NCBI GenBank assembly: GCA_049975265.1
Contig: JBNGDF010000007.1
Location: 1 to 64,000, forward strand
Length of the DNA stretch: 64,000 bases
Reading direction: 5' to 3'
DNA from: Fidelibacterota bacterium
GTDB lineage: Bacteria; Fidelibacterota; UBA2242
Part shown: positions 27,356-37,512 of the stretch, piece by piece
How positions within the stretch are numbered: the first letter of the stretch is position 1
Layout: every line of letters starts with the position of its first letter
Program-made: the position numbers and the translations under genes
The notes under the pieces: generated by a model
What the model was told of the DNA's origin: nothing
Seen by the model: only the letters and a program-made list of their open reading frames with translations
Databases searched by the model: none

Positions 27356-29668
27356 CTACTCATCGGATAGGTTTGTGTTCAAATCCTCCAGATAACTTTC
27401 GTCCACCAGAACATCCCGGGCTTTGCTGCCGGTAAACGGACCGACAATTCCGGCGGCTTCCAACTCGTCGATGAGCCGCGCCGCCCGGGAATAACCGATC
27501 CGCAGCCGGCGTTGCAGGAGCGAAATCGAGCCCTGCTGATGGGTCACGACCAGGCGCAGAGCCTCGTAAAAGAGCTCGTCCCGCTCGCCGTTCAGCGCGC
27601 CGCCATAATCATCACTGACCTGTTCCTGAGCCGAAGGCAGCTCCATTTCACCGCCGCGGGGTTGCTGCTGGATATGCGCCAAAATACGCTCCAGCTCCTC
27701 GAGCGATATATACGCACCATGCAGCCGCACCGCTTCCGGATTCTGGGGCGTTGTCAGCAGCATGTCACCCCGCCCTAAGAGCTTCTCAGCCCCGTTGATA
27801 TCCAGAATAGTACGGGAGTCGATTTTTGAGGCGACCTGAAAGGCGATGCGGGCGGGAAAATTGGCTTTTATCACACCGGTAATGACATCCACAGAGGGTC
27901 GCTGAGTGGCGATGATGAGATGAATGCCCACCGCCCTTGACATCTGCGCCAGACGGGTGATCGGCTCCTCTACCTCCTTGGCAGAGGTCATCATCAGATC
28001 AGCCAATTCATCGATGACAACGACAATATAGGGCAGATACTTCTGATCCAGCTGCCCCTTTTCCACCTTCTTGTTGTATTCTCCGATATTACGCACGGTA
28101 GCCCCTGCCAGAATATCGTAGCGCCGCTCCATTTCGGCTTCGGCGGAGCGCAGTGCGATGATGGCATTATCCGCCCGGGTAACCACATATTCATCCAGAT
28201 CCTCTGATGTAATCAGATGGTATTTTTCCAGGGCTTTGTAGGCTGAGAGCTCCAGCTTTTTCGGGTCAATCAGGACAAATTTCACCTCGTGGGGCTTGGC
28301 ACGGTAGAGAATAGACGTGATAATGGTATTGATACAGACACTCTTACCCGAACCTGTCGCGCCGGCAATCAAAAGGTGCGGCATCTGAGCCAGGTCCAGT
28401 ACGCTGACGTCGCCGGATGTGGTCTTTCCCAACGCAATGGTCAGCTTCGAGGGGGAATCGGCAAAGAGTTTGGAGCCGACGATACTGCGCAGATAGACGA
28501 TCGAGGGATGCCGGTTGGGAATCTCCACTCCCACCACCGACTTGCCCGGAATCGGAGCAACAATGCGGATGCGTTTCGCTTTGAGAACCCGCGCCAGATC
28601 ATCAGCCAGACCGGCAATGCGACTGACCCGCACACCGGATGCCGGCTCGATTTCGTAACGGGTAATTACGGGACCCGGCGAGACATGCACCACGTGACCC
28701 TCAACACCAAACGTCAACAGCGACTCCTCCAACAGGCGGGCGTTTTCCAGCATCTCCTCCTGGCTCACTGTTTCGCCGGCTTCATCGGGATAATCCAGAT
28801 AGTCCAGGGACGGTAATATGTAATCTCTCCGGGCAGCCTTTTCATCAAGGCTGTCGATCTGTTCAATATCATCGTCGCTAATAGCTTTATCAATGGTAAA
28901 CTCCGGTTCGCCGGCGGATTCATCAACCTTCGGAGGCGTTGCCGTGCGTGGTACAACCGGCGTTTCCGGTCGCTCCAGGTCCTCCTGCTCAGCACCACCG
29001 ATTACCGGGGTTTTTTTTGCGGTCACGGTCGGTTTGGAGGGCACCGTAATGGTCGGACCGGCTGCCTGATGCTGCTCTTTGGCGGCGCGACGCCGACTCT
29101 TTTTCTCTTTCGGCTCTCTGGTTTTCCGCGGCGCGTGCTTCCGGCGGCGCTGTCGCAGATAGTCAAAGGGACCGTAGAAACTCCAGGAGAAATAGCCCCG
29201 AATAATGACCAGTGCCAGCAGTACCAGTAGAATGATACCACCGATATACCCCAGAAAATCATGCAGGGCTTTGGCGAGCATACCACCGACGAGACCACTG
29301 TAGCGAAAACCCACCGTACCGCCGATTCGCTCCTTTACGGCAGGCAGCGCCAGCGCCGTCGCCACCAGCAGCGCAAGAATCAGAACATAGACCGTGAAGC
29401 GCAACAGAACCCGGAAATTCCGTCGGGCGAACAGCCACCAGCCCCATAGTATCAGCAGCACCGGCACCACAAAAGCGGCGGCGCCGATTGTATATTTTAT
29501 CAAATAATGGGAAATGAAGACACCCAGAATACCCATCCAGTTGGATATCACCACATTTTTCGAAATCGTCGGTTCTTCCAGAGGATTATAGGAAATCAGA
29601 CTCAACAGGACCAAAACGCCCAGTCCCATCAGCAACAAACCGAGAATCTCTTTCCGTTTCATACTCAT
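27356..29668 (-). CDS. ftsK: DNA translocase FtsK
   Basis: 4TM N-terminus, HLLIAGATGSGKS, DELADLMM, ATQRPSVDV, gamma domain LQRRLRIGYSRAAR. Confidence 0.96.
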   Translation of the reverse strand: MSMKRKEILGLLLMGLGVLVLLSLISYNPLEEPTISKNVVISNWMGILGVFISHYLIKYTIGAAAFVVPVLLILWGWWLFARRNFRVLLRFTVYVLILALLVATALALPAVKERIGGTVGFRYSGLVGGMLAKALHDFLGYIGGIILLVLLALVIIRGYFSWSFYGPFDYLRQRRRKHAPRKTREPKEKKSRRRAAKEQHQAAGPTITVPSKPTVTAKKTPVIGGAEQEDLERPETPVVPRTATPPKVDESAGEPEFTIDKAISDDDIEQIDSLDEKAARRDYILPSLDYLDYPDEAGETVSQEEMLENARLLEESLLTFGVEGHVVHVSPGPVITRYEIEPASGVRVSRIAGLADDLARVLKAKRIRIVAPIPGKSVVGVEIPNRHPSIVYLRSIVGSKLFADSPSKLTIALGKTTSGDVSVLDLAQMPHLLIAGATGSGKSVCINTIITSILYRAKPHEVKFVLIDPKKLELSAYKALEKYHLITSEDLDEYVVTRADNAIIALRSAEAEMERRYDILAGATVRNIGEYNKKVEKGQLDQKYLPYIVVVIDELADLMMTSAKEVEEPITRLAQMSRAVGIHLIIATQRPSVDVITGVIKANFPARIAFQVASKIDSRTILDINGAEKLLGRGDMLLTTPQNPEAVRLHGAYISLEELERILAHIQQQPRGGEMELPSAQEQVSDDYGGALNGERDELFYEALRLVVTHQQGSISLLQRRLRIGYSRAARLIDELEAAGIVGPFTGSKARDVLVDESYLEDLNTNLSDE

Positions 29669-30759
29669 GTCGTACGCGCCTCGACAAAGGGAGGTTTAAT
29701 GACCGTGGCGGCGAATTTTTGACCGCGGATCCCGACCTGCAGTTCCGTCCCCACCCGGCTGAATTCAGCCTGAACATATCCCAGACCGATGCCGATATTC
29801 AGGCTTGGCGATTGCGTACCGCTGGTAACCCGTCCAACCTCCTGCGAACCACTGAAAACAGGGTAGCCGGGTCGCGGAATGCCCCGGTCATTCATCTCAA
29901 AAGCCACCAACCGGCGCTTTAGCCCGGCAGCCTTGCTCGCCAGCAGCTGCTCACGACCAATAAAATCTCCCTTATCCAGTTTGGTAATCCAGCCCAGTCC
30001 AGCCTCCAGCGGATGGGTGGTCTGATCAATATCATTGCCGTAGAGACAGTATTTCATCTCCATCCGCAGGGTGTCCCGGGCACCCAGTCCAGCCGGTTGA
30101 ATCTGAAAATCAGCCCCGGCTTCGAAAACAGCATCCCACAACTGGCGACTGTCCCGGGGATCATGATAGAGTTCAAAGCCCCGTTCACCGGTATAGCCGG
30201 TCCGGGAGATGATCATCTTTTTACCCGCCAGTTTGCCCGTTGTAAAATGATAAAATGGGATGTTATGCAGCGATATCTCGGTCAGTTTCTGCAAGACGGT
30301 AAAACTATCCGGACCCTGCACCGCCAGCAGAGCGGTTTCGGACGACTCATTCCGAAGCTCGACATCACCCTCCAGATGTTCCTGAAGCCAGCTGTAATCT
30401 TTTTCAATGTTGGCGGCATTCACTACCATCATATAGTGATCCTGAAACCGATAGACCAGCAGATCGTCCACGATGCCGCCATCGGGATAACACATGGCTG
30501 AATACTGGACCTGACCGACCGCCAGAGCAGTGACATCGTTGATGGTCACCCGGTTTAAAAAGAGCTCCGCCCGGGGCCCTTTGATGATGAATTCACCCAT
30601 GTGACTGACATCGAAAACACCGACGGTATTGCGGACCGCCCGGTGTTCTTCCATTATCCCACGATACTGGATTGGCATCAGGAATCCGGCATAAGGCACG
30701 ATTTTCGCGCCGTGCTCCAGATGCTTTTCATAAAAGGGGGTTTTGACTGCCTTGTCCAT
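29665..30759 (-). CDS. gcvT: Glycine cleavage system aminomethyltransferase T
   Basis: FDVSHMGE, SRTGYTGE, GLGARDTLRME. Confidence 0.95.
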   Translation of the reverse strand: MDKAVKTPFYEKHLEHGAKIVPYAGFLMPIQYRGIMEEHRAVRNTVGVFDVSHMGEFIIKGPRAELFLNRVTINDVTALAVGQVQYSAMCYPDGGIVDDLLVYRFQDHYMMVVNAANIEKDYSWLQEHLEGDVELRNESSETALLAVQGPDSFTVLQKLTEISLHNIPFYHFTTGKLAGKKMIISRTGYTGERGFELYHDPRDSRQLWDAVFEAGADFQIQPAGLGARDTLRMEMKYCLYGNDIDQTTHPLEAGLGWITKLDKGDFIGREQLLASKAAGLKRRLVAFEMNDRGIPRPGYPVFSGSQEVGRVTSGTQSPSLNIGIGLGYVQAEFSRVGTELQVGIRGQKFAATVIKPPFVEARTT

Positions 30760-30770
30760 AAATCTCCTCT

Positions 30771-31364
30771 TTACATATTATTTAAAGCGCTTTTTACAAT
30801 CGCTTCCACTGCCGCCTCCGGTCCCACCTCACGGGAGGCTCTCTTGATGGCTTGCAGAGCTTCCGATCGACGGTAGCCCAGCGAGAGCAGTGCTTTGAGG
30901 GCTTCATCCACGTTTTTCCCTGTGAAAATCCGTTCGAAACCTGCCGGTAATTCTTCGGTAATTCCGCCAAACTTCTCCCGCAATTCCACAATCATTCGCT
31001 GCGCCGTTTTCAGACCGATTCCGGGAATCAGGGTCAGCGCTTTGGCGTCGCCATTCACGATCCGCTGACGGAACTGCTCGGGACTCGCTCCGCTGAGAAT
31101 CGTCAGTGCCATTTTGGGTCCGATCCCGGAAATGGCAATCAGGCTCAAAAAGAGCTCCTTCTCAGCCGCACTGAAAAATCCATAAAGAACCTGCAAATCT
31201 TCACGCACATGCAGATAGGTCAGCAGCTTGACCCGCTCCTTCAGGCGGGGCAACCTCTCATAGGTGGAGAGCGGAATGTTCACCTCATACCCCACTCCGT
31301 TTATATCCAGCCAGACCTGGGTCGGATCTTTATAACTAACTATGCCATCCAAATAGGTAATCAC
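30771..31364 (-). CDS. ruvA: Holliday junction branch migration protein RuvA
   Basis: NGVGYEV, HVRED, GIGPKMAL, IPGIGLKTAQR. Confidence 0.95.
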   Translation of the reverse strand: MITYLDGIVSYKDPTQVWLDINGVGYEVNIPLSTYERLPRLKERVKLLTYLHVREDLQVLYGFFSAAEKELFLSLIAISGIGPKMALTILSGASPEQFRQRIVNGDAKALTLIPGIGLKTAQRMIVELREKFGGITEELPAGFERIFTGKNVDEALKALLSLGYRRSEALQAIKRASREVGPEAAVEAIVKSALNNM

Positions 31365-31367
31365 TGT

Positions 31368-31856
31368 TTACCTCAGCTGAAATTGATGTAAATGACAGAT
31401 ACCCACCGCCAGGGCATCCGCCGCATCGTAGGGAATCTCCTTTTCCGGCAGGTGCAGAATCCGGCTGATCATAAAGCGCACCTGATCCTTCGTGGCACTT
31501 CCGTTGCCCACCACCGCCGACTTTATCCGCTTCGGCGAATACTCATAAATCTGCAGGTTCCGGTTGGCTCCCGCTAAAAGTGCCGCACTGCGGGCGTGCC
31601 CCATCAACAGCGCCGTCCGCACATTCTGAGCGTAAATTGCCGCTTCGATCGCCATAACCGCCGGTATCCACTCCTCCATAACCGCATTCAGGGCATTATA
31701 AATCCGCTGCAGTCGCTGCGCCAGTTCCTGCCGCGGCGAGGTGCTGATGACTCCCCAGTCCAGACAACGAATCTGCCGGGATTCCTGGACCAGCAGCCCG
31801 TAGCCGGTATGCAGCAGACCGTGATCTACGCCCAGCACCCGGATCGGTTGTGTCAT
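31368..31856 (-). CDS. ruvC: Crossover junction endodeoxyribonuclease RuvC
   Basis: LGVDHG, AIE, YSPKRIK, GSATKDQV, DAADALAV. Confidence 0.93.
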   Translation of the reverse strand: MTQPIRVLGVDHGLLHTGYGLLVQESRQIRCLDWGVISTSPRQELAQRLQRIYNALNAVMEEWIPAVMAIEAAIYAQNVRTALLMGHARSAALLAGANRNLQIYEYSPKRIKSAVVGNGSATKDQVRFMISRILHLPEKEIPYDAADALAVGICHLHQFQLR

Positions 31857-32611
31857 CCGTCCCGTTCCTGCAATTTGGCAATAATGTCATCATCGATATC
31901 AAAATTGGCATATACATTCTGAATGTCGTCATGATCTTCCAGAGACTCCATCAGATTCAGTACTCTGGCAGCCAGGTCATCTCCGATTTTGACCGTGTTT
32001 TTGGGCACTGCCTGCAGCGTCCCTTCCAGTATTGCGATGCCGGCGGCTTCCAGCGCCACTTTGACATCCTCAAAGACTGCCGGATCCATGCTCAATTCGT
32101 AATATTCAGCCTCCTCGGTCAGGTCATCGGCACCGGCTTCGCTGGCGATCTGCAGCAGCTGATCTTCATCGGCACTGCTTTTGTCCACCGTAATGATCCC
32201 GCGCTTCTCAAACATCCAGGCGACACTCCCGTTCGTCGCCAGGTTGCCGCCGGCGCGGCTCAGAAGATGCCGGATTTCCGAAACGGTACGGTTTTTATTG
32301 TCGGTCAGGGCTTCCATAAAGATGGCTACGCCGCCGGGACCGTACGCCTCGTAGGTAACCTCTTCATAATTGACCCCCTCCAGTTCGCCGGTGCCCTTTT
32401 TAATCGCCTTTTCCACATTGGTCAGAGGCATATTCGCGGCTTTGGCAGCCTGAATCGCCGAGCGCAGGCGGGGATTGGCAACCTCATCGCTGCCCCCCAG
32501 CTTCGCCGCCACCTGAATTTCCCGGATTAATTTGGTAAAAATCTTTCCCCGCCGGGCGTCCTGTACACCCTTTTTACGTTTAATGGTGCTCCATTTTGAA
32601 TGACCGGACAT
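31853..32611 (-). CDS. yebC: YebC/PmpR family protein
   Basis: MSGHSKWSTIK, YEAYGPGG, TDNKNRT; start at ATG 32611. Confidence 0.95.
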   Translation of the reverse strand: MSGHSKWSTIKRKKGVQDARRGKIFTKLIREIQVAAKLGGSDEVANPRLRSAIQAAKAANMPLTNVEKAIKKGTGELEGVNYEEVTYEAYGPGGVAIFMEALTDNKNRTVSEIRHLLSRAGGNLATNGSVAWMFEKRGIITVDKSSADEDQLLQIASEAGADDLTEEAEYYELSMDPAVFEDVKVALEAAGIAILEGTLQAVPKNTVKIGDDLAARVLNLMESLEDHDDIQNVYANFDIDDDIIAKLQERDG

Positions 32612-32627
32612 AGTGACCTCAATCTTA

Positions 32628-33119
32628 TTATTGGGAATAAAACAGCAGACGCTCTTCCACCTTAATCGCCGTCCGGATGATCCAGGCATCCCGATAATGC
32701 AATTCCAGCGCCTGTTTCAGCAGCTCTTCGGCGGACTGGCGGTTGACACAATTGCCGACCCGAATTTTGTAGTAGGGCGAATTGAACACTTTGACCACCT
32801 CCTGATCGATAAAATCCTCGACCGCCTTCAGGTAAACGCTATCGGCTTCATAAAAATCCACCGTGGAAAAAAGCTGCACCTTCCAGCCCATTTTCTCTAC
32901 CACCCGGGCGGAGTCGCGCATCTCCCGATCTGCCGGTGCAGGCTCTCTGATATCGGTAATAATCTCATATATCAGCGAGCCATCCAGAATCGGCAGCGAC
33001 GGTTCATAGAGGTTCAGCGGGTCAAAACTTTCATCCTGTTCCACCGCCCCTTCCTGTGCCAGCAGGGGCAACCAGAGGACAAGGAATATGATTTGGTAAA
33101 ATCGCTTGTTTATCATCAT
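32628..33119 (-). CDS. SPOR-domain secreted protein
   Basis: Signal peptide; GWKVQL..PYYKIRVG..DAWI. Confidence 0.75.
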   Translation of the reverse strand: MMINKRFYQIIFLVLWLPLLAQEGAVEQDESFDPLNLYEPSLPILDGSLIYEIITDIREPAPADREMRDSARVVEKMGWKVQLFSTVDFYEADSVYLKAVEDFIDQEVVKVFNSPYYKIRVGNCVNRQSAEELLKQALELHYRDAWIIRTAIKVEERLLFYSQ

Positions 33120-33185
33120 CCTAATCAGCTGACCGAAATATACAAAATTATCTTCATTATTAAAAAGGTTGCAGGGACCCCGGAT

Positions 33186-33956
33186 TTAAATCGTTTCCAG
33201 GGTAATTGTCGGGAGCCAACCCTGTTTGCCATCAATCAATTCGATCTTGCGCCAGTCGCCGTCCTGATCCAGCAATTGGACTTTGGTTCCCTCGTGCACC
33301 ATAAACAGTTCCGTACTACCCTCCTGGGGTGCCGCAAGACATTTGACACTGCTCTTGGTAATGATACCGTAATGTTGCCGATAACTCATGTCATACCGTT
33401 GTACCAAAAAGAGCAGCGCCACCAGAGCCAGAATGAAGAACAGCCGCTGTCCCTGTCGGCAGAGCCGGCAGAGCCGCCGTTGAGTGAGCAGCTGACGCAG
33501 AGCGAACAGCAGGCTGCCCAGAAAGAACAGCAGACCCAGAAGCCAGGCCCAGAGTCGCAGCGACAGCGCCGTAACCAGCGCCCGGTTCCAGCGAAAAAAC
33601 AGAAACTCCGGTGGTTTTTCAATGCGGTCTCTGACCTGGAGATTCGCCAGACGCAGATTAAAGGCGATATTCCGGTCCTTGGGCTTCAATTTCTGTGCCC
33701 GTTCATAATTCAGAATCGCCCGGCCCAGGTGACCGAGTTTGTAGTAACTGTTCCCCAGATTGTAGTAGAGCTCGGCACTTTCCAGCTCGTTGCGCAAAAC
33801 CGTTTCGTACTCCTGAACAGCGCGCTCATAATCCTCCGCCAGATAATACTCATTCCCCTTTTCAAAATGATAATCAGCCGTCTGCTGAGCCGGAGCGGCG
33901 ATGGTCAAAAAGAACACGCACAGGATGAAATTACAGACTCGGGGACACGGCATCAT
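33186..33956 (-). CDS. batE: BatE (TPR + SH3-like)
   Basis: YYNLGNSYYK..AILNYERA, HEGTKV, GWL; operon position. Confidence 0.85.
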   Translation of the reverse strand: MMPCPRVCNFILCVFFLTIAAPAQQTADYHFEKGNEYYLAEDYERAVQEYETVLRNELESAELYYNLGNSYYKLGHLGRAILNYERAQKLKPKDRNIAFNLRLANLQVRDRIEKPPEFLFFRWNRALVTALSLRLWAWLLGLLFFLGSLLFALRQLLTQRRLCRLCRQGQRLFFILALVALLFLVQRYDMSYRQHYGIITKSSVKCLAAPQEGSTELFMVHEGTKVQLLDQDGDWRKIELIDGKQGWLPTITLETI

Positions 33957-35801
33957 TCAGATTACCTTTCGAAGTTTTTGGAGAATTCCTGTTACCTGTT
34001 CGTAAAGCGCCCGGGCATCTTTTTGATTGAAACCTGACGGGAGAAAACGCAGTCGTTCCAATTCCTCCAGCAATCGCAGTGTCTCCGCCGTGATTTCGGA
34101 AACCACCTGATGATTTTCCAAAGCTGTTTTATAATCTCGCGGTCCGAGTCCCGAAGCCGCCAGACCCAGCCGATCCGCTATAAATCCGCCAAGTGCACGA
34201 CTCAGGTGACCGATTACGGCTTCCCTGTCATCATCATCCAACGCCCTGGCGGCGGACTGTAAATGCTCTTGTGCCCGGGGTAGTGCCCTGCGGCGCCGGG
34301 CATAAAGACTGTCGCCTGCCATCTTATCCAGCCGGCGGCGATAAGCAATGCTGCCGATAATGATACTCAGGGAGAGCAGGTTCAGCAACCAAAACCAAAC
34401 ATTCCCGAAAACCGTGCTGTCCGTCCGGCGCCAGCGTGGCGTCGCCCGCATAATAAAACGTATATCGCTGCCCAGCAGAGAAATCTCCTCTTTGTGAAAA
34501 CCGGCTCTGTCGGCAACCTGTCTCTGGTCCGGCGTTCGTACCTCCACCTCATAGCCACGGGCAGTGCTGACATGATAGCGTTCTCGCTCCGGGTCAAAAT
34601 AGCAAAAATTCAGAGTCGGTATGTGCAGACGACCACTGCTGCGCGGGATTAGGATATACTCGTAATGCACCGCACCGCGGATCGATTTACCCTGATTATT
34701 GATGACACGCTCAATCTGCGGTTCAAAGATTTCAACGCTGGCAGGCAGCTCCAGCGCCGGCAGTTTGACCGCATTGATATTGCCGCTGCCCCGGATTGTG
34801 TAGCGCAGCGTCAGCGCCTGATTCTGATAGGTCTCCAGCGTATCGATGCGGCTTTCGATGACAAAACTGCCGACCGCTCCGCTAAAATTTTGCGGTCGAC
34901 CGGCTTGGGGCAGCTCCTGCACCCGGATTTTCACCGGTTCCGACTGAACCGGCACCGTCACCGTACGCCCGAAGAAGGGATCGTTAAAAAAGGAATCATC
35001 GAAAAAGTCATCAAATACTGAGCGCCGCCGCTGACTCGGTGCCGGCATCTCACAGGTAATCTGCAGAGGATCGATCACCAGCTCTCCCGTGGTAGTAGGA
35101 AAAAGCGCCAGGCGCCGCAGGGTCGCCTTTTTATACGCAACGCCATCCAGAACCACGTTGCTGATCGGCGGATTGCGCTTCTCAGGAAACTGCTCCATCC
35201 AGAAACCTTTGGCATCGGGCAGCTTCTGCTGAGTGTAGCTTTTGGGACTGGTTTTAAAATAGAGATTAAACGCCACCAGCAGTTCTTCGCCTTTATAGAC
35301 AGTGGTCTTGCTGACATCGGCTACGAGAAACAGATCGCCCCGTTCTGCCGCGGGTTGCGTCCGGGTTTTTGCTTTTGGCTGTGAGCCGCCAGGGGACGGC
35401 GCCTTTTGAGCATTGCCGGGAGCCTCGTTCACGGTCACCTCGATTGGCTCGGTACGGTATGTTTTTCTTCCGACTTTGATTTTCACAGACGGAATCGTCA
35501 GCTGCCCGGCGCGGATCGGTACCATGCGCCACTGCACCGTTTTCGAGGATGATACCTGACCATTAATAATCTGAAAACTACTGGACTGGGAAGGACCGGA
35601 AATGATAACAAATCCATCACTCTGGGGCGGATTTACTTCGGGAAAATCCCGCATCCCTTCCATCCGAATCGTATAGGTAACAACATCATCAAGGTCGATA
35701 CGATTGTGATCCACCGTCGCATTAATGCTGATATCGTCTGCCAGGAGAATCCCCGTGAGCATCATTAAAACCAGCGGTATCGGGATCAATATCCTTCGCA
35801 T
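33957..35801 (-). CDS. batD: BatD family protein
   Basis: PSQSSSFQIING, FSGAVGSF, G.GNI; operon position. Confidence 0.85.
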   Translation of the reverse strand: MRRILIPIPLVLMMLTGILLADDISINATVDHNRIDLDDVVTYTIRMEGMRDFPEVNPPQSDGFVIISGPSQSSSFQIINGQVSSSKTVQWRMVPIRAGQLTIPSVKIKVGRKTYRTEPIEVTVNEAPGNAQKAPSPGGSQPKAKTRTQPAAERGDLFLVADVSKTTVYKGEELLVAFNLYFKTSPKSYTQQKLPDAKGFWMEQFPEKRNPPISNVVLDGVAYKKATLRRLALFPTTTGELVIDPLQITCEMPAPSQRRRSVFDDFFDDSFFNDPFFGRTVTVPVQSEPVKIRVQELPQAGRPQNFSGAVGSFVIESRIDTLETYQNQALTLRYTIRGSGNINAVKLPALELPASVEIFEPQIERVINNQGKSIRGAVHYEYILIPRSSGRLHIPTLNFCYFDPERERYHVSTARGYEVEVRTPDQRQVADRAGFHKEEISLLGSDIRFIMRATPRWRRTDSTVFGNVWFWLLNLLSLSIIIGSIAYRRRLDKMAGDSLYARRRRALPRAQEHLQSAARALDDDDREAVIGHLSRALGGFIADRLGLAASGLGPRDYKTALENHQVVSEITAETLRLLEELERLRFLPSGFNQKDARALYEQVTGILQKLRKVI

Positions 35802-35811
35802 CGCAATTAAT

Positions 35812-36492
35812 TTACCAATCTTTTTCCTTTTTTAAGCCGGAATATTTGGTTTTCATCCGTTCCTGCATCAATTTTTTCTCATCATCTTTCAGGGCATCCA
35901 GAACCTGAGCGGCTTCCTCCCGGCTCTTTTTCTCTTCACTCTGCTGGGGTTGCGGCGGCTGCTGGGCCTGGGAATCCCGCTCTGACTGTTCCTGTTGTTG
36001 CGGCTGTTCCGACTCTCCCGACTGGGGCTCTTCTTGCTGTTCGCCCTCCTCTTGTGCCTGATTCTGCTGAGACGGCGGAGGTTGCTCCTGCAGCATTTGA
36101 CGCACCAATTCAAAATTGTGCTTGGCGTCATAATCTTTCGGATTCAACTCCAATGCCCGTTTGTAAAATTGCAGGCTCTCCTCGAGTTTATTGGCTTTCA
36201 GAAAGGCATTCCCCATATTATAAAACACCGTCGCTTTGCGCCGCGGATCCGGGTCGGGAATCGCCCGCTCAAAAGCCTGTAAGGCTTCTTCATAACGTTC
36301 GGATTTATACAGTGCAGCGCCTCGTCCGAAGTGGGCTTCCTCCCAATCGGGATGCTGGCTGAGTATCTGTTCATAATGACGAATCGCCTGCTCGTACTCT
36401 CCGGCATCGAAGAGTCGCTGACCATCATCCTTCGCCTGGAGAGAACAGACCAGCGCAATCAGCATCAGACTTAGCAGAATTTCACTCTTCAT
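35812..36492 (-). CDS. batC: BatC (TPR with Gln-rich linker)
   Basis: TPRs, Q/E-rich tract, C-terminal EKDW. Confidence 0.85.
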   Translation of the reverse strand: MKSEILLSLMLIALVCSLQAKDDGQRLFDAGEYEQAIRHYEQILSQHPDWEEAHFGRGAALYKSERYEEALQAFERAIPDPDPRRKATVFYNMGNAFLKANKLEESLQFYKRALELNPKDYDAKHNFELVRQMLQEQPPPSQQNQAQEEGEQQEEPQSGESEQPQQQEQSERDSQAQQPPQPQQSEEKKSREEAAQVLDALKDDEKKLMQERMKTKYSGLKKEKDW

Positions 36493-37512
36493 TTATGCTG
36501 TCGTTCTCCTTTTGATCTTTTTTTCAGCCAGGAGCAGACTGATCAGCCAGATCAGAATGCCCGGGATTAAGACCAGCTGGTACCGTTCCTGATAGTCGCT
36601 GTATTCGTGGGAACGGATATCCTTCTGCTCCATTTGCATTATATCGGTATAAATTTTTGTAAAAATATCGGCGTCATATCCCAGACGGTAGTAACGTCCG
36701 CCGGTCTGACTGGCGATCTCCCGGAGGCTGCCCTCTGCCAGCGCCGTGGTCACGACCCGTTCGGCGCGGTCACGTTTAAATTCCATCTCGCCGGTTTTGG
36801 TATTGACCACAGGGATCGGTGCACCCGCCAGACTGCCGACACCTACAGAGTGGACAACCACACCCTCTTTTTTCAGACGTTCGATGACCGCTTTCAGACG
36901 ACCTTCATGATCCTCTCCGTCGGAAATGAGAATGATCGCCTTGTGCTTTTTCTCCGCTGAAGGAAAGGCTTCCAGGGCGGTCTCCAGCGCATCGGCAATG
37001 GCAGTGCCCTGGGTGCCTATGACACCGGTGTCAATCACATCCAAAAAGAGTTTTGCAGCGCTGTAATCCAAGGTCAACGGACACTGCAAATAGCTGATTC
37101 CGGCAAACGCCACCAAACCGATGCGGTCACCGCGCAGCTGATGAATAAACCTGCCCGCTTCGTACTTAGCCCGCAACAGCCGATTGGGTTTAACATCTTC
37201 CGCATTCATGCTGATAGAGGTGTCAAACGCGATGATAATGTCGACACCTTTGCGTTTGACCTCGGTCAGTTTCTGTCCGATTTGCGGTCCAATCAGAGCC
37301 AGACCGATCAGACAGAGCGCCAGGAGCTGCAGATTCTGTTTGCGGTGAATCCGGCTCAGACGAGTTTCCTCCAGGAGCCGAGTGTGCAACTTTGGTCCGG
37401 CAAATTCCCGCAACGCCCGTCGCTGCAGACGCCGGTAGCGCCACTGGATCAGAGCCAGCAGCGGAATGAAACCCAAAAACCAGATTAACCCGGGAAAAGC
37501 GAATTTAACCAT
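36493..37512 (-). CDS. batB: BatB VWA-domain protein
   Basis: DTSISM, PNRL, PLTLDY, SDGEDHE. Confidence 0.85.
   Translation of the reverse strand: MVKFAFPGLIWFLGFIPLLALIQWRYRRLQRRALREFAGPKLHTRLLEETRLSRIHRKQNLQLLALCLIGLALIGPQIGQKLTEVKRKGVDIIIAFDTSISMNAEDVKPNRLLRAKYEAGRFIHQLRGDRIGLVAFAGISYLQCPLTLDYSAAKLFLDVIDTGVIGTQGTAIADALETALEAFPSAEKKHKAIILISDGEDHEGRLKAVIERLKKEGVVVHSVGVGSLAGAPIPVVNTKTGEMEFKRDRAERVVTTALAEGSLREIASQTGGRYYRLGYDADIFTKIYTDIMQMEQKDIRSHEYSDYQERYQLVLIPGILIWLISLLLAEKKIKRRTTA

Noticed and set aside
32613..34037. Long plus-strand ORFs such as this 474-aa one, 3757-4947, 11251-12435 and 49317-50609
   Set aside because: Antisense shadows of well-supported minus-strand genes, with no recognisable motifs.
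35930..36090. CAG-rich low-complexity tract
   Set aside because: Encodes the normal Gln/Glu-rich linker of BatC.
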